Positions 1 through 9,455 are shown, counted from the stretch's first letter. The stretch is DNA of 45,950 nucleotides from Chthoniobacteraceae bacterium (GCA_031409335.1 JANNWY010000144.1:1-45950), one strand, 5' to 3'. Notes: generated by a model not told the origin, from the letters alone. Made by a program: numbers and translations.

Positions 1-16
1 GCCGCTGCGCGGGGCT

Positions 17-47
17 CAACGCCAAACGCCAAACGCCAAACTCCAAA
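17..47. repeat. Tandem heptamer repeat (AACGCCA)x4
   Basis: caacgccaaacgccaaacgccaaactccaaa, with the last unit degenerate. Same 7-bp style as the repeat at 2007-2152. Confidence 0.75.
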
Positions 48-200
48 TTAGGACACTACCGGTAAAAGTCCGGGCTTGGCGGCAGAGGGCGTTTGGACGA
101 AAAGCGGGGGAGGGCGATGAACGGAAGCCCTGTTTTATGCCAGTCTTTCACACCAACTTCGCTTCGCAGAATTCAGAGTTAGGCGATTAGCGCACAATTC

Positions 201-782
201 ATGAAATTCGTAGCTCTTGGAATATTGCTGATCACGTTAGTTCTTCCTGCGATAGCGCGCCAAGCCGCTTTCGACGCGGGAAAAGCAATCGAACGCGCAG
301 AGGTTATCGCCGTCGTCAAAGTTTCATGGGTCGCTCCGGCTTCACGGGCCAACGACCACAACCGAACAGCACGGGTTCGAGTCGTCTCGCCAATCAAGGG
401 AAGCAAGCCCGGTGACATCTTAGATATGCAGGATGATTCCGAATCGCTTCAATCCGGCGGAACATACCTCGTGTACGCAGTGAGAGCAGACGGGCGCCTT
501 TACGCATCACGGTGGCAACAAGCATCTATCTGGAATCATTCAGCAACATCAGATGACAACGACGAACTGCGAGGCATTCGCCAGCATATCGCAAAGGTTG
601 CCGAGGCTAAGAGGGAGGCCATCAAATTGCACCCCGATCTTGCTATCACTGGAACCAAACTTCACGCGGAGTTCGTGCGTCGCTATCATGACCGGCTGAA
701 CAGCGATGCCCTCACTTACTTCTTCAGCAACAGCAAATGGCCACTAATTCTCGTGGGAGAGTCCGTTGAGGCACTCAAATGA
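201..782 (+). CDS. Hypothetical exported protein, possible integron-type gene cassette
   Basis: 193-aa ORF with an N-terminal signal peptide (MKFVALGILLITLVLPAIA) and visibly lower GC than neighbours. Flanked by GTTAGGC (178-184) and GTCTAAC (787-793). Confidence 0.75.
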   Translation: MKFVALGILLITLVLPAIARQAAFDAGKAIERAEVIAVVKVSWVAPASRANDHNRTARVRVVSPIKGSKPGDILDMQDDSESLQSGGTYLVYAVRADGRLYASRWQQASIWNHSATSDDNDELRGIRQHIAKVAEAKREAIKLHPDLAITGTKLHAEFVRRYHDRLNSDALTYFFSNSKWPLILVGESVEALK

Positions 783-830
783 AATTGTCTAACCTGCGCC
801 GCAGCGAACCGCTCCACACATTACGGCGCG

Positions 831-2003
831 CTACTTCCGCACTTCGTCCAAAAACTCCCCAATCCGCTCCATCGCGACTTTGATCTGGTCGAGGCTCGTG
901 GCGTAGCAGCAACGCACGAAGCCTTCTCCGCTTGGCCCAAACGCTGGCCCGGGCACGCAGGCGACTTTCTTTTTCTCCAAAAGTCCGAGCGAGAACTCGC
1001 GGCTGGTCAGGCCGCTCGTCGTAATGTTTGGGAAGATGTAGAACGAACCCACGGGCTGGAAGCAGGAGAGGCCGAGGTCGTTGAAGGAGCGGACGATGTA
1101 GTTGCGGCGCTGCTCGTATTCGCGGCGCATGGCTTCGACGCCGCGCGCGCCGTGTTCGAGGGCTTCGATGGCGGCGTCTTGGGCCATGGTGTTGGCGCAG
1201 AGGATTCCGTATTGGTGGATTTTCATCATGGCATCGGTGATCGGCGCGGGGGCGCAGGAGTAGCCGATGCGGAAGCCGGTCATGGCGAAGGCTTTTGAAA
1301 ATCCGTGGAGGAAGACGCAGCGCTCGCGCATTCCGGGGAGCGACGCGATGGAGACGTGCTCGACGCCGTCGTAGCGCAGTTCGCTGTAGATTTCGTCGGT
1401 GAGGACGATGAGATCGTGGTCGATGCACAGGCGCGCGATCTTTTCCAGCTCGGCGCGGTTCTGCGTGGCGCCGGTGGGATTGCACGGGAAGTTGAGCATG
1501 AGGACTTTCGACTTCGGCGTGATTTTCGCGGCGAGTGCTTCGGCGGTGAGGCGGAAGTTTTCCTCCGCGCGCGTGGCGATGCCGACGGGGATGCCGTGGG
1601 CCATGACGACGCTTGGCGCGTAGCTGACGTAGCAGGGCTCGTGGTAGAGGACTTCGTCGCCGGGGTCGATGAGCGCGCGCAGGGCGAGGTCGAGCGCCTC
1701 GCTGACGCCGACGGTGATGATGACTTCGGCGCGCGGATCGTAGGCGATGCCGAAGTGTTTGTGGACGTATTTGCAGATCGACGTGCGGAGTTCCGGCAGG
1801 CCGAGATTGGACGTGTAATGGGTGCGGCCGTGTTCGAGCGAATAGATCGCCGCCTCGCGAATGTGCCACGGCGTATCGAAGTCGGGCTCGCCCACGCCGA
1901 GCGAGATGACCTCCTTTTGCTGCGCCACGATGTCGAAGAATTCGCGGATGCCGGATTTGGGAATGTCGCGGACGTGAGCCGCGATGTATTTGTTGAGAGT
2001 CAT
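831..2003 (-). CDS. PLP-dependent aminotransferase class I/II (AlaT/YugH-like)
   Basis: Motifs SLGVGEPDF, NFPCNPTG, DEIYSEL and GFSKAFAMTGFRIGY (PLP lysine). Lies downstream of an Lrp gene, as in B. subtilis alaR-alaT. Confidence 0.93.
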   Translation of the reverse strand: MTLNKYIAAHVRDIPKSGIREFFDIVAQQKEVISLGVGEPDFDTPWHIREAAIYSLEHGRTHYTSNLGLPELRTSICKYVHKHFGIAYDPRAEVIITVGVSEALDLALRALIDPGDEVLYHEPCYVSYAPSVVMAHGIPVGIATRAEENFRLTAEALAAKITPKSKVLMLNFPCNPTGATQNRAELEKIARLCIDHDLIVLTDEIYSELRYDGVEHVSIASLPGMRERCVFLHGFSKAFAMTGFRIGYSCAPAPITDAMMKIHQYGILCANTMAQDAAIEALEHGARGVEAMRREYEQRRNYIVRSFNDLGLSCFQPVGSFYIFPNITTSGLTSREFSLGLLEKKKVACVPGPAFGPSGEGFVRCCYATSLDQIKVAMERIGEFLDEVRK

Positions 2004-2006
2004 TGG

Positions 2007-2152
2007 GATTTCAGATGGAAGATTTCAGATTTCAGATTTGGAGAGGGCGAAAGCGCCGCGTTTCTCCGCAAGCCAGATGAACGAGCCGCGAAGCGCGCGG
2101 CTATCGGGCTCGTGATCCGAAAATCTGAAATCTGAAATCTGAAATCTGAAAT
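2007..2152. repeat. Inverted heptamer-array repeat (GATTTCA)n ... (AAATCTG)n
   Basis: About 5 GATTTCA-like units at 2007-2041 and 4+ AAATCTG units at 2121-2152 are reverse complements around an ~80-bp spacer. Confidence 0.9.
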
Positions 2153-2156
2153 GCAC

Positions 2157-2636
2157 TCATGGCGTGACCGCGAGCCGCTCGCCCTTTTCCTCGCGCATGA
2201 GCGAGACGCCATTTTCCTTGTAAGCCTTCAGCCGAAAGCGCGTCGCGGTCGAAATGACGCCTTTGATGGTGGAGAGTTTTTCGGAAATGAATGCCGCGAT
2301 CTCTTGCAGCGTCCGGCCTTCCACCACGACGAGGAGATCGTATCCGCCCGACATGAGATAGCAGCTCTGCACTTCCGCGAAGCGCGCGATCCGATTTGCC
2401 AGCCGGTCAAAACCGCCGCCGCGCTCGGGCGTGATCTTCACCTCGACCACCGCAGTCACCAGTTCCACGCCGCGCTTCTGCGCGTCGATGACCGTCTGGT
2501 ATCCGAGAATCACTCCGGTCTCCTCCATCTCCGCGATCTGCGCGGACACGATGGTCTCCGGGCGATTCAGCTCGCGGGCGAGATCGGCAGTGGTGGCGCG
2601 CGCATTCAGGCGCAGGAGTTGGAGCAGTTCGTCCAT
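2157..2636 (-). CDS. Lrp/AsnC family transcriptional regulator
   Basis: Start reassigned to MDELLQLLRLNAR (HTH). RAM-domain motifs EVQSCYLMSGGYDL and STATRFRLKAYK. Confidence 0.92.
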   Translation of the reverse strand: MDELLQLLRLNARATTADLARELNRPETIVSAQIAEMEETGVILGYQTVIDAQKRGVELVTAVVEVKITPERGGGFDRLANRIARFAEVQSCYLMSGGYDLLVVVEGRTLQEIAAFISEKLSTIKGVISTATRFRLKAYKENGVSLMREEKGERLAVTP

Positions 2637-2826
2637 GGTGTCGTCGGGAAAATGGAGCGCGACTATCACGGCGCAAACGCCCGCGTTCAAGGGCGAACGC
2701 AGCGCCGCGGATACGCTCCGAGCCATTTCAGAAGCGGAGCGGAAACTCGGAATCGTGCGTGGTGCGAGAAGAGCCGGGTCGGCTTTGAGACGGGCCACCG
2801 CTTTCGCAAGGGGGCAGCGAGACAAA

Positions 2827-4953
2827 CTACTGCATCACCGCGCGCACGCGGCCAAACACCGGGCTCGACGCGCCGTTTCCGGTGAGTGGTGCGGCTCCGC
2901 GGAAGGTGGCGCGTTCGCTGCCGATCGAGGGGCCGGGCGCGGTCGAGAGCGGGTTGAGGCTGGCATTCCATGCGTTGAGATTTCCGCTGCTCTCGACGTT
3001 GTAAGTCGGCGGTTGGGCGTCGATGCGGCGGGTGAAAGTCAGCGTGGGCCAGCGTTTCACGATGTTGCCATCGGCGGGGTCGGGGAGCAGGACGGTGCCG
3101 GGGGTGAGGCCGGTGCTGCCGTTGGGCTCGAAGGGGTCGAGGTCGAAGGCCCATTCGGCGAAGTTGTTCAGCCCATCGCGGTCGGGGTCGGCGGTGTAGG
3201 CGGCGGTGGGGCCGAGCAGGGGCTCGAAGCGCGCAAGCCAGGTGCTGCTATAGCGCGTGCCCATCACCTTGAGGTCGTCGATGCGGTTATTGCCGCTGCT
3301 GCTGGTCGCGCCGGTCAAGGTGTAGCGCAGGGTTACGTTCAGGGCGTTGTTCAGCTCGGCGATGTTCGCCAGATCGACGACGATGGGGAACTCCGGGTAT
3401 TCACTCGCCGTCGAGGCGGTGTTCAGGCCGGCGATGGTGGTAAAATTCGCCCCGTCGATACTCCAGCTCCACGTCCCGGTCGTATAGCCAGTCCCGGTGC
3501 CGCGGGTCATGAAATTCACGCTGAGCGCGGCCCAGCCGGATGCGGAGAAAACGAGATCGACCGTGCCGCCGTTGCCATTCGCCCCGATGAGCGAGAGCGC
3601 GACGTTCGGGTTTCCATTGCTGCCGGGAACTTCGGTCACGCCAGTGAATGCGTCGTTCGTGCCGTTCGGGCCGCTGCCGGCGGTGCTGCTCCATTTTGAA
3701 AAACGCACTTCTCCCGCACCCGCATTTGCGGGGACCGGGCTGACGAAGCGAGGCGCGACCGCATTGACCGGTGCATCGAAATTCCACGAAGCGATGACGC
3801 CGGTCGGCGCGACGGGGATCGAATCCGAGAGCGCCACACTCGCGGCGGCACCGGTGCCGCCATAGCCGACGCCGGGCGCGATCGCGAGCAGCGCGGTTTC
3901 GAGCGGCTCGGGCACCGCGTTCGCGATCGGTGTGACGTTCACGTTCACCGTCGCCGTGCCATTTGGGAAAACGATGCTGCCCGCTGCGGCGGCGCTGTTC
4001 CAGGTCACGCCCGATCCGGACAGCGTGTAGTCGCTCGCACCCGCAGTGCCGGAGGTGGTGAAATTCACGGTAATCGGCCCCGTGCTTGGCGGTGGGGAAA
4101 GGCGCACGATGAAACTGCCGCCGACGAGCGGTTGCTCGATTGCGGGGCTCACGCCGGGAGTGGACTGCGCGATCCGCAGCCCGCCGGTGCCCGCGCCCCA
4201 GATCGCCGCGACCCATTCAGGATGATCGATGAAGGGATTCCGATTGTGCTGATAGTTGGTGAAAATGCGGTCGTTGCGCGCCATCTCATTCGCATCCGGC
4301 GGATCGGCATTGTGCCAGGCGATGAGGGTGTCGAGATTCCCCATCTGCGGGCCGGTCGGCGCGGTGCCGACGAGTTCCAGATCGGTCGTATTCGCCTCGG
4401 TGCCATCGTAGCGCACAGCCATGTAGAAAAGCGCACGCGCGATGTCGCCTTTCTGCGCGCCGGGCGGTTCCCACGAGTTTGCGTCGCGCGAGCAGAGCGG
4501 CGCATTGGCGTGCGCGGGATCGACGAGGCCGCCGTCTGCCGCGTTGCTTTCGTCAAAATAGAGCACGCCGCGCGCGGTGTTCACTGCCGGGTCCGCGGGG
4601 ACGACGTGAAAGAGATCGCTGTCGTCTGGGCCAAGGTGCTCGCTGTTTCCGCGCGAGCGCGGCCAGAGATGCTCGCGGTTCCAGTTCGACGACGACTTCA
4701 GGATCGTCGTGGCGCTGTAGATCAACTGCATCCGCGTCGAATTCAACGGGTCTTCCCAAATCGCGCGGATCGGCGTGAAAAGCCCGAACTCGTACGGCAG
4801 CACCGTATGCCCGTCGATCACGTCGTGCAGCGCGGCTTTCAGCGCGAGTCCGCTCAGCCCGGTCGCAGAATCGTAGTAGCCCGCCGGCGGCTGCGCGGAT
4901 GCGAGCATTTGCGCGAGCAGGAGCGGAAGGAGCAGGGAGAAAACGCGGCGCAT
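2827..4953 (-). CDS. Secreted endonuclease I (EndA/Bsn-like) with Calx-beta/beta-sandwich domains and verrucomicrobial C-terminal domain
   Basis: Signal peptide, then WNREHLWPRS, DLFHVVPAD, KGDIARALFYMAVRY and QHNRNPFIDHPEW. Ends with a DPDRDGLNNFAEWAFDLDP...FGRVRA tail. Confidence 0.88.
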   Translation of the reverse strand: MRRVFSLLLPLLLAQMLASAQPPAGYYDSATGLSGLALKAALHDVIDGHTVLPYEFGLFTPIRAIWEDPLNSTRMQLIYSATTILKSSSNWNREHLWPRSRGNSEHLGPDDSDLFHVVPADPAVNTARGVLYFDESNAADGGLVDPAHANAPLCSRDANSWEPPGAQKGDIARALFYMAVRYDGTEANTTDLELVGTAPTGPQMGNLDTLIAWHNADPPDANEMARNDRIFTNYQHNRNPFIDHPEWVAAIWGAGTGGLRIAQSTPGVSPAIEQPLVGGSFIVRLSPPPSTGPITVNFTTSGTAGASDYTLSGSGVTWNSAAAAGSIVFPNGTATVNVNVTPIANAVPEPLETALLAIAPGVGYGGTGAAASVALSDSIPVAPTGVIASWNFDAPVNAVAPRFVSPVPANAGAGEVRFSKWSSTAGSGPNGTNDAFTGVTEVPGSNGNPNVALSLIGANGNGGTVDLVFSASGWAALSVNFMTRGTGTGYTTGTWSWSIDGANFTTIAGLNTASTASEYPEFPIVVDLANIAELNNALNVTLRYTLTGATSSSGNNRIDDLKVMGTRYSSTWLARFEPLLGPTAAYTADPDRDGLNNFAEWAFDLDPFEPNGSTGLTPGTVLLPDPADGNIVKRWPTLTFTRRIDAQPPTYNVESSGNLNAWNASLNPLSTAPGPSIGSERATFRGAAPLTGNGASSPVFGRVRAVMQ

Positions 4954-5044
4954 CGGAATTTATCAACGTCGCGCGCGGTCCCTGAATTGTCCAACCAGCC
5001 AGGCTTGATTCACCGAAATGTCACGGCAGTCTCTCGCCGAGCCC

Positions 5045-5482
5045 ATGAGCCAGCGCCTGCCAGCAGCCAAGCCCCGCGATTTCATCGTGCCGCCAAGCCC
5101 GGTTCCGCCGCCGGGCGGCGTCACACTTTGCGAGCGCCTCGGTGGGCGCGCGGGGATTTCGCGACTGGTAAAATGGTTCTATGCGCGCGTTCGTTTCGAT
5201 GAAGAACTCGAGGAAATCTTCCGCGCACACGTGCCCGTATGGAGCACGCATCTCGAGGCGCTCACCGATTTCTGGGTGCGCATGACCGGCGGCGAATCCG
5301 GCTACTCCGGCAGCCTCACCGCCGCGCACCGCCCGCTCGCGCTCGAGCCGCGCCATTTCGCCGCGTGGCTGCGCTGGTGGGATCGGACGTGCGATGAAGT
5401 CCTCGCCCTTACCCCAAACGAGGCCGCGGAAATGCGCGCGCTCGGCCACCGGCTGGCGGAGCAGATGATGCGGCGAAATTGA
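5045..5482 (+). CDS. Group III truncated hemoglobin
   Basis: LVKWFYARVRFDEEL, W..HLEALTDFW, AAH and HFAAWL.WW match the trHbP pattern. The start could be 5018. Confidence 0.85.
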   Translation: MSQRLPAAKPRDFIVPPSPVPPPGGVTLCERLGGRAGISRLVKWFYARVRFDEELEEIFRAHVPVWSTHLEALTDFWVRMTGGESGYSGSLTAAHRPLALEPRHFAAWLRWWDRTCDEVLALTPNEAAEMRALGHRLAEQMMRRN

Positions 5483-5489
5483 GTCCGAT

Positions 5490-7709
5490 CTACGCCGGGA
5501 GCGCGGCCTCCCACTGCTGGATCGCGCGATGCGCCTGCACATACACCCTCGCGTCCCGTTTGAGGTGCTGGTCGAAGAATTCGAGGCAGAGGCGGATGAC
5601 TTCGCGCGGCTCCAGTTTCTCCGATCTGAGTTTGCTACAGAGAAGTGCGAGGAGGTGATACACCTCGACATCGGGTATCGAGGCTTGTTTCAGGCAAGCG
5701 ACCAGCAGCTCCGCGAGTTTGGCGTCGAGACCAGCGGCAGTGAGACGTCCGGGCCATCCTTCCCAACCGTCGCCCGCCTCCTCCATAACGGTATCGACGT
5801 CACTACCCCATGCTTCGGCTTCCAAGAAGCCATCGGCATGGCTCACGCGCATTTCGCAATCCGCGCCGAAGCTTGGGCCGTAGGAATGGCGAGCCAGCAG
5901 TGACGCAATATTCGTCTTCAAGTCGATGCTCGGTTGGTAGATTTCCTCCATGGCGATCTGAACTTGTTCAGCTTCATCCCACGCGATGAAGGCCGCGCCT
6001 TCGCAGACCAGGTTGCTCGCTTTCGCGAGCGCGATGGCCGCCGCGGAATCGCCCGCGGCGAGCAGGGTGGCGATGCGTTCGCGGGCCCACAGGAGCGGGA
6101 TGGCTTCGTTGTTCACGACTGCGAGGGGTAGTTGAAAGACGCGCTCCTCGCCGCTGCCGAGTTGGCCGGTGATTTCGAGCGTCTCTGCGTGCGATCCGGC
6201 GCGGCGGAAACTGAGGTCGATGATCTGGCTGCCGTAAACGTCGGGAAGCCGTGGGGCAGGCGCCTCCCATCCGGCGGCGGCGCGCAGATTCACGAGGACC
6301 GGCCGGCGCAGGCGGTCGGCGAGTTTGGCGACGGTACCGGCGATGTCGTCGTCGGGCGTTTGCAGCCAGCATTCGCCGCCAGTCTGCCGGGCGAGGTCGC
6401 GGAGGAAGGCGTCGTTCACCGCGGTGTCGATGCCGAAGGTGAAGACGGTGACGTGCCGGTGCGCGCGGAATTTTTCCACGAGATTGCGTTCGTTCCCGAT
6501 CTGCCCGTCGGTGATGAGAACCACGACGCTGCGGCGATCGACGGAGTGCTGCGCGATGCTGTCGAGAACATGCTCGACGGCGGGCTGAAGTTCCGTGCCG
6601 CCGGTAGTGCCGCAGGCAACGAGATCGCGGAATGCAGGATCGTTTTTAATCTGAGCGACGGGCAGAGGCTTTTCCGCGAAATCCCGAAATTGAGACTCAA
6701 AGAGCGTGATCCAGACACGATCTTCGGAGCCCAGCAGATCGACGAATGCCGTCAGCGCCTCGCACGTTTTTACCCACTTCGCGCCTTCCATGCTGCCCGA
6801 GCGATCGACGAGGAAATACACATCCTGCGGGAGATTCGTGGCCACCGGCACGTCGGCTGGCGCGCGGAATTGCACGAGCGCGAACGTTTCATCGCCCGCG
6901 CGGCAGCTCCACGCGCGCGGGGTGAGCGCGGCTTCCTGCGGCTCGCTCCAGCGCAGCACGAAATCGCGATCCGGCACCGCGCCATCCTCAGCGAGCGCGA
7001 GATCGAGGGAGGCTTCGCCATTTTGCAAAGCGAGGAGATGCGAGGGCGAGGAAAGTGAGTCCGTGGCGACATCGCTGGCCGCGATGTGCCCGGCGACGGC
7101 GAAGTAGGCGGCGTCGGGATGCAGCGCATCGATGCGCGGTGGGGAAAGGCGCGAGGCGTCGGGGACGGCGTCGGTGTCATCGCTGGCACCGCGCCCGGAG
7201 AGCGAGCGTAGAAGCGGCTTGCCGGGGATGTAGCGGATGCCGGGACAGACGGGGATGCGCAGACTCAGATCGCTCGCGATGCGTTCGAGTGTTTGAAACC
7301 ACGCGAAGCGGATGACGATGACATCGCCCGGCTGCACATTGCCCAGCGAGAGCGTGAAAAGATTCTCCCGCTCGACCTCGACCATCGCCGCGCGGCGTCC
7401 CGCGGCTTTTTGTTCACGGTAAATGCGCCTGGCATCCTCGCTGGACTCCACCTTCGCGCGGATGACGCGCCCATTCACATGCATCTCGCAGCGATGCACG
7501 GCCGCGCCCGCGGGCAGCGGGAATGTGTAGGTGCAATCGAGCGGGCGCGTGCTGTCCTGATGAAAAATCTGGTCGATCTCGACGCTGGTGACGCCGGCGG
7601 TTACGTCGAAGCGGCACTCGACGCCTTTCAGCGGGAGCGTGATTTTGGTTTCTTCGAGCCAGGCGATGAGGCCGAAGGCGGGAGTGGGCTGGGATGGCAG
7701 ACGATTCAT
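5490..7709 (-). CDS. VIT and vWA domain-containing protein
   Basis: VIT motifs (YTFPLPAGAAV, NLFTLSLGNVQPG) and vWA MIDAS (FLVDRSGSMEG, GGTEL, LITDGQI, FTFGID). The start at 7709 overlaps the upstream stop (ATGA). Confidence 0.9.
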   Translation of the reverse strand: MNRLPSQPTPAFGLIAWLEETKITLPLKGVECRFDVTAGVTSVEIDQIFHQDSTRPLDCTYTFPLPAGAAVHRCEMHVNGRVIRAKVESSEDARRIYREQKAAGRRAAMVEVERENLFTLSLGNVQPGDVIVIRFAWFQTLERIASDLSLRIPVCPGIRYIPGKPLLRSLSGRGASDDTDAVPDASRLSPPRIDALHPDAAYFAVAGHIAASDVATDSLSSPSHLLALQNGEASLDLALAEDGAVPDRDFVLRWSEPQEAALTPRAWSCRAGDETFALVQFRAPADVPVATNLPQDVYFLVDRSGSMEGAKWVKTCEALTAFVDLLGSEDRVWITLFESQFRDFAEKPLPVAQIKNDPAFRDLVACGTTGGTELQPAVEHVLDSIAQHSVDRRSVVVLITDGQIGNERNLVEKFRAHRHVTVFTFGIDTAVNDAFLRDLARQTGGECWLQTPDDDIAGTVAKLADRLRRPVLVNLRAAAGWEAPAPRLPDVYGSQIIDLSFRRAGSHAETLEITGQLGSGEERVFQLPLAVVNNEAIPLLWARERIATLLAAGDSAAAIALAKASNLVCEGAAFIAWDEAEQVQIAMEEIYQPSIDLKTNIASLLARHSYGPSFGADCEMRVSHADGFLEAEAWGSDVDTVMEEAGDGWEGWPGRLTAAGLDAKLAELLVACLKQASIPDVEVYHLLALLCSKLRSEKLEPREVIRLCLEFFDQHLKRDARVYVQAHRAIQQWEAALPA

Positions 7710-8200
7710 GGAGTTCCTTTCGTGGGTTTTGTTTTCGCTTTGGGTTGAAGCGCGCGGATGACTGCCGCGCATTGTTCCGGGGAAATGGTGCTGCCGCGGC
7801 GCGAGACGATGAGGAAGTCATCGCCGAGCGGAATCATGCGCCACAGCTCGTCGCCCGCCGGCATCGGAGTCCGCGTGGAGGCGAGCGATCGCGCCTCGGC
7901 GACACCGCGCTTTTGGACTTCGCGGAGTTCGGCGAGCGAGCGTCCGAAGAGCAGCTCCCGGATGCGCCGCAGCGGAAGGCCCTGCGCCTGCAGGATGCGG
8001 AGGGCGATGAGTTGCAGGAGATGTTTTTCACCATAGCCTCCGCCCTCGGGCGCATCGACCAAGCCCGTGGTGCGATAGAAGCGGATGTTGCGCTCGGTGA
8101 CGACTTCGCCCGCCTGGCCGCTGATCGGCGCGATGCGGTGCTCGCGGCACCACACGTTCGCGCGTTCGGCGAGGGATTCGATCGAGAGCAACTCTTGCAT
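7706..8200 (-). CDS. MerR-family HTH transcriptional regulator
   Basis: VTERNIRFYRTTGLVDAP..GYGEKHLLQLIALRILQAQGLPLRRIRELL. Start taken at MQELLS. Confidence 0.85.
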   Translation of the reverse strand: MQELLSIESLAERANVWCREHRIAPISGQAGEVVTERNIRFYRTTGLVDAPEGGGYGEKHLLQLIALRILQAQGLPLRRIRELLFGRSLAELREVQKRGVAEARSLASTRTPMPAGDELWRMIPLGDDFLIVSRRGSTISPEQCAAVIRALQPKAKTKPTKGTP

Positions 8201-8208
8201 GGCTGTAG

Positions 8209-8235
8209 AAAACAGTAAAACAGTGTCACTGTCAA
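8209..8235 (-). promoter_or_regulatory. Candidate -35 box with overlapping palindromic operator for the merR-VIT/vWA operon
   Basis: The minus strand reads TTGACAGTGACACTGTTTTACTGTTTT. Inverted repeat ACAGTG-T-CACTGT at 8220-8232, plus direct repeats of AAAACAGT. Confidence 0.55.
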
Positions 8236-8282
8236 ACGACGAATATTCAGCGATCGTGTCGTGCAAGATTTCCGTCCCCGGT

Positions 8283-9413
8283 TTACCGACCGCCGCGCTG
8301 TGTCGGCGGCGTCTGCGGGGCTTCGGCGATGGTGGCGCTCACGCTGATGCTGCGGCCTCCACGTTCGATGACGATCTCGGCTTTTGCCCCCACCTTCAAT
8401 TCGGCGACGCGGCTGCGCACGTCCGGCAGGGTGAGGATCGGACGGCTTCCGATTTTGCGGATGATGTCGCCAGGCTGCAGGCCGGCTGCTTCCGCAGGAG
8501 AGCCGGGGGCGACATCGGTGATGATGGCGCCGCGCGGATCAGCGGCTCCGAGTTGCGCGGCGAGTTCGGGACTCATCGCTTGCAGGACGACGCCGAGGTA
8601 GCCGCGCACGGCGCGTCCAGTGGCGAGCACGCTTTCGAGCGTGCGACGCGCGGTGTTCGAGGGGACGGCGAAGCTGATGCCGATGTTGCCACCGGTCTTC
8701 GAGAAGATGGCGGTGTTGATGCCGACGATTTCGCCGCGCAGATTCAGCAGCGGTCCGCCGGAGTTGCCTTCGTTCACGGCAGCGTCGGTCTGGAGAAACT
8801 CGACGTCGCTATCGCTCATCGCGCGCCGACCGCGGGCGCTGATGATCCCCTGCGTGACCGTCTCCTGAAGACCGAACGGATTGCCAATCGCGAAGACGAC
8901 CTGGCCGACGCGCACATTCTCCGAATCCGCGAGCAGAAGCGGCGTGAGATTTGGCACGTTGATCTGGAGGACGGCGATGTCCGTGGAAGGGTCGGCGCCG
9001 ATAAAACGCGCGGGCACTTCGCGTCCGTCGGTGAGCTGCACCGCGATGGTCGTCATGCCTTGAATGACGTGATTGTTCGTCAGGATGTGACCTTCTTTCG
9101 AGACGATGACGCCCGAGCCGAGCGAGTAACGCTGGGCGCGATTGTGACCGCCAAAGAGAAAGAGTTCGAGCGCGTTTGTGGGATTATTTTGGCGCGGATT
9201 GCTGGAGGTGATCGAGACGACGGAAGGGACGACCGCGTCGGCAAGGCGGGTGTATTCTTCGTCGAGCGCGGTGAGGATTTGCAGATCCTTTGGATCGAGA
9301 CGCGGTTTGTCCGCCGGTGTGAAACCAGTCGCGGGAGTGGTGAGGTGCTGGTATCGCCACCAGCCGAAGCCAACGAGTGCGGCGATGAGCAGGAGAAAAA
9401 ATGTGCGGCGCAT
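8283..9413 (-). CDS. HtrA/DegP-family serine protease with single PDZ domain
   Basis: N-terminal TM segment, ILTNNHV (His), TDIAVL (Asp), QTDAAVNEGNSGGPL (Ser) and PDZ motif GSPAEAAGLQPGDII. Confidence 0.93.
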   Translation of the reverse strand: MRRTFFLLLIAALVGFGWWRYQHLTTPATGFTPADKPRLDPKDLQILTALDEEYTRLADAVVPSVVSITSSNPRQNNPTNALELFLFGGHNRAQRYSLGSGVIVSKEGHILTNNHVIQGMTTIAVQLTDGREVPARFIGADPSTDIAVLQINVPNLTPLLLADSENVRVGQVVFAIGNPFGLQETVTQGIISARGRRAMSDSDVEFLQTDAAVNEGNSGGPLLNLRGEIVGINTAIFSKTGGNIGISFAVPSNTARRTLESVLATGRAVRGYLGVVLQAMSPELAAQLGAADPRGAIITDVAPGSPAEAAGLQPGDIIRKIGSRPILTLPDVRSRVAELKVGAKAEIVIERGGRSISVSATIAEAPQTPPTQRGGR

Positions 9414-9455
9414 TTGTGCAGGGACGCTACCGCAGAATGCCGCCAGAAAAGGAGC

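Noticed and set aside
2637..2825. N-terminal extensions in the ORF track (Lrp 2825, VIT 7772, MerR 8266, polX 9555, FG-GAP 23113, MbnPH 27422, PEP-CTERM 17682)
   Set aside because: Domain boundaries, signal peptides and stop/start overlaps favour the downstream ATGs used in the feature list.
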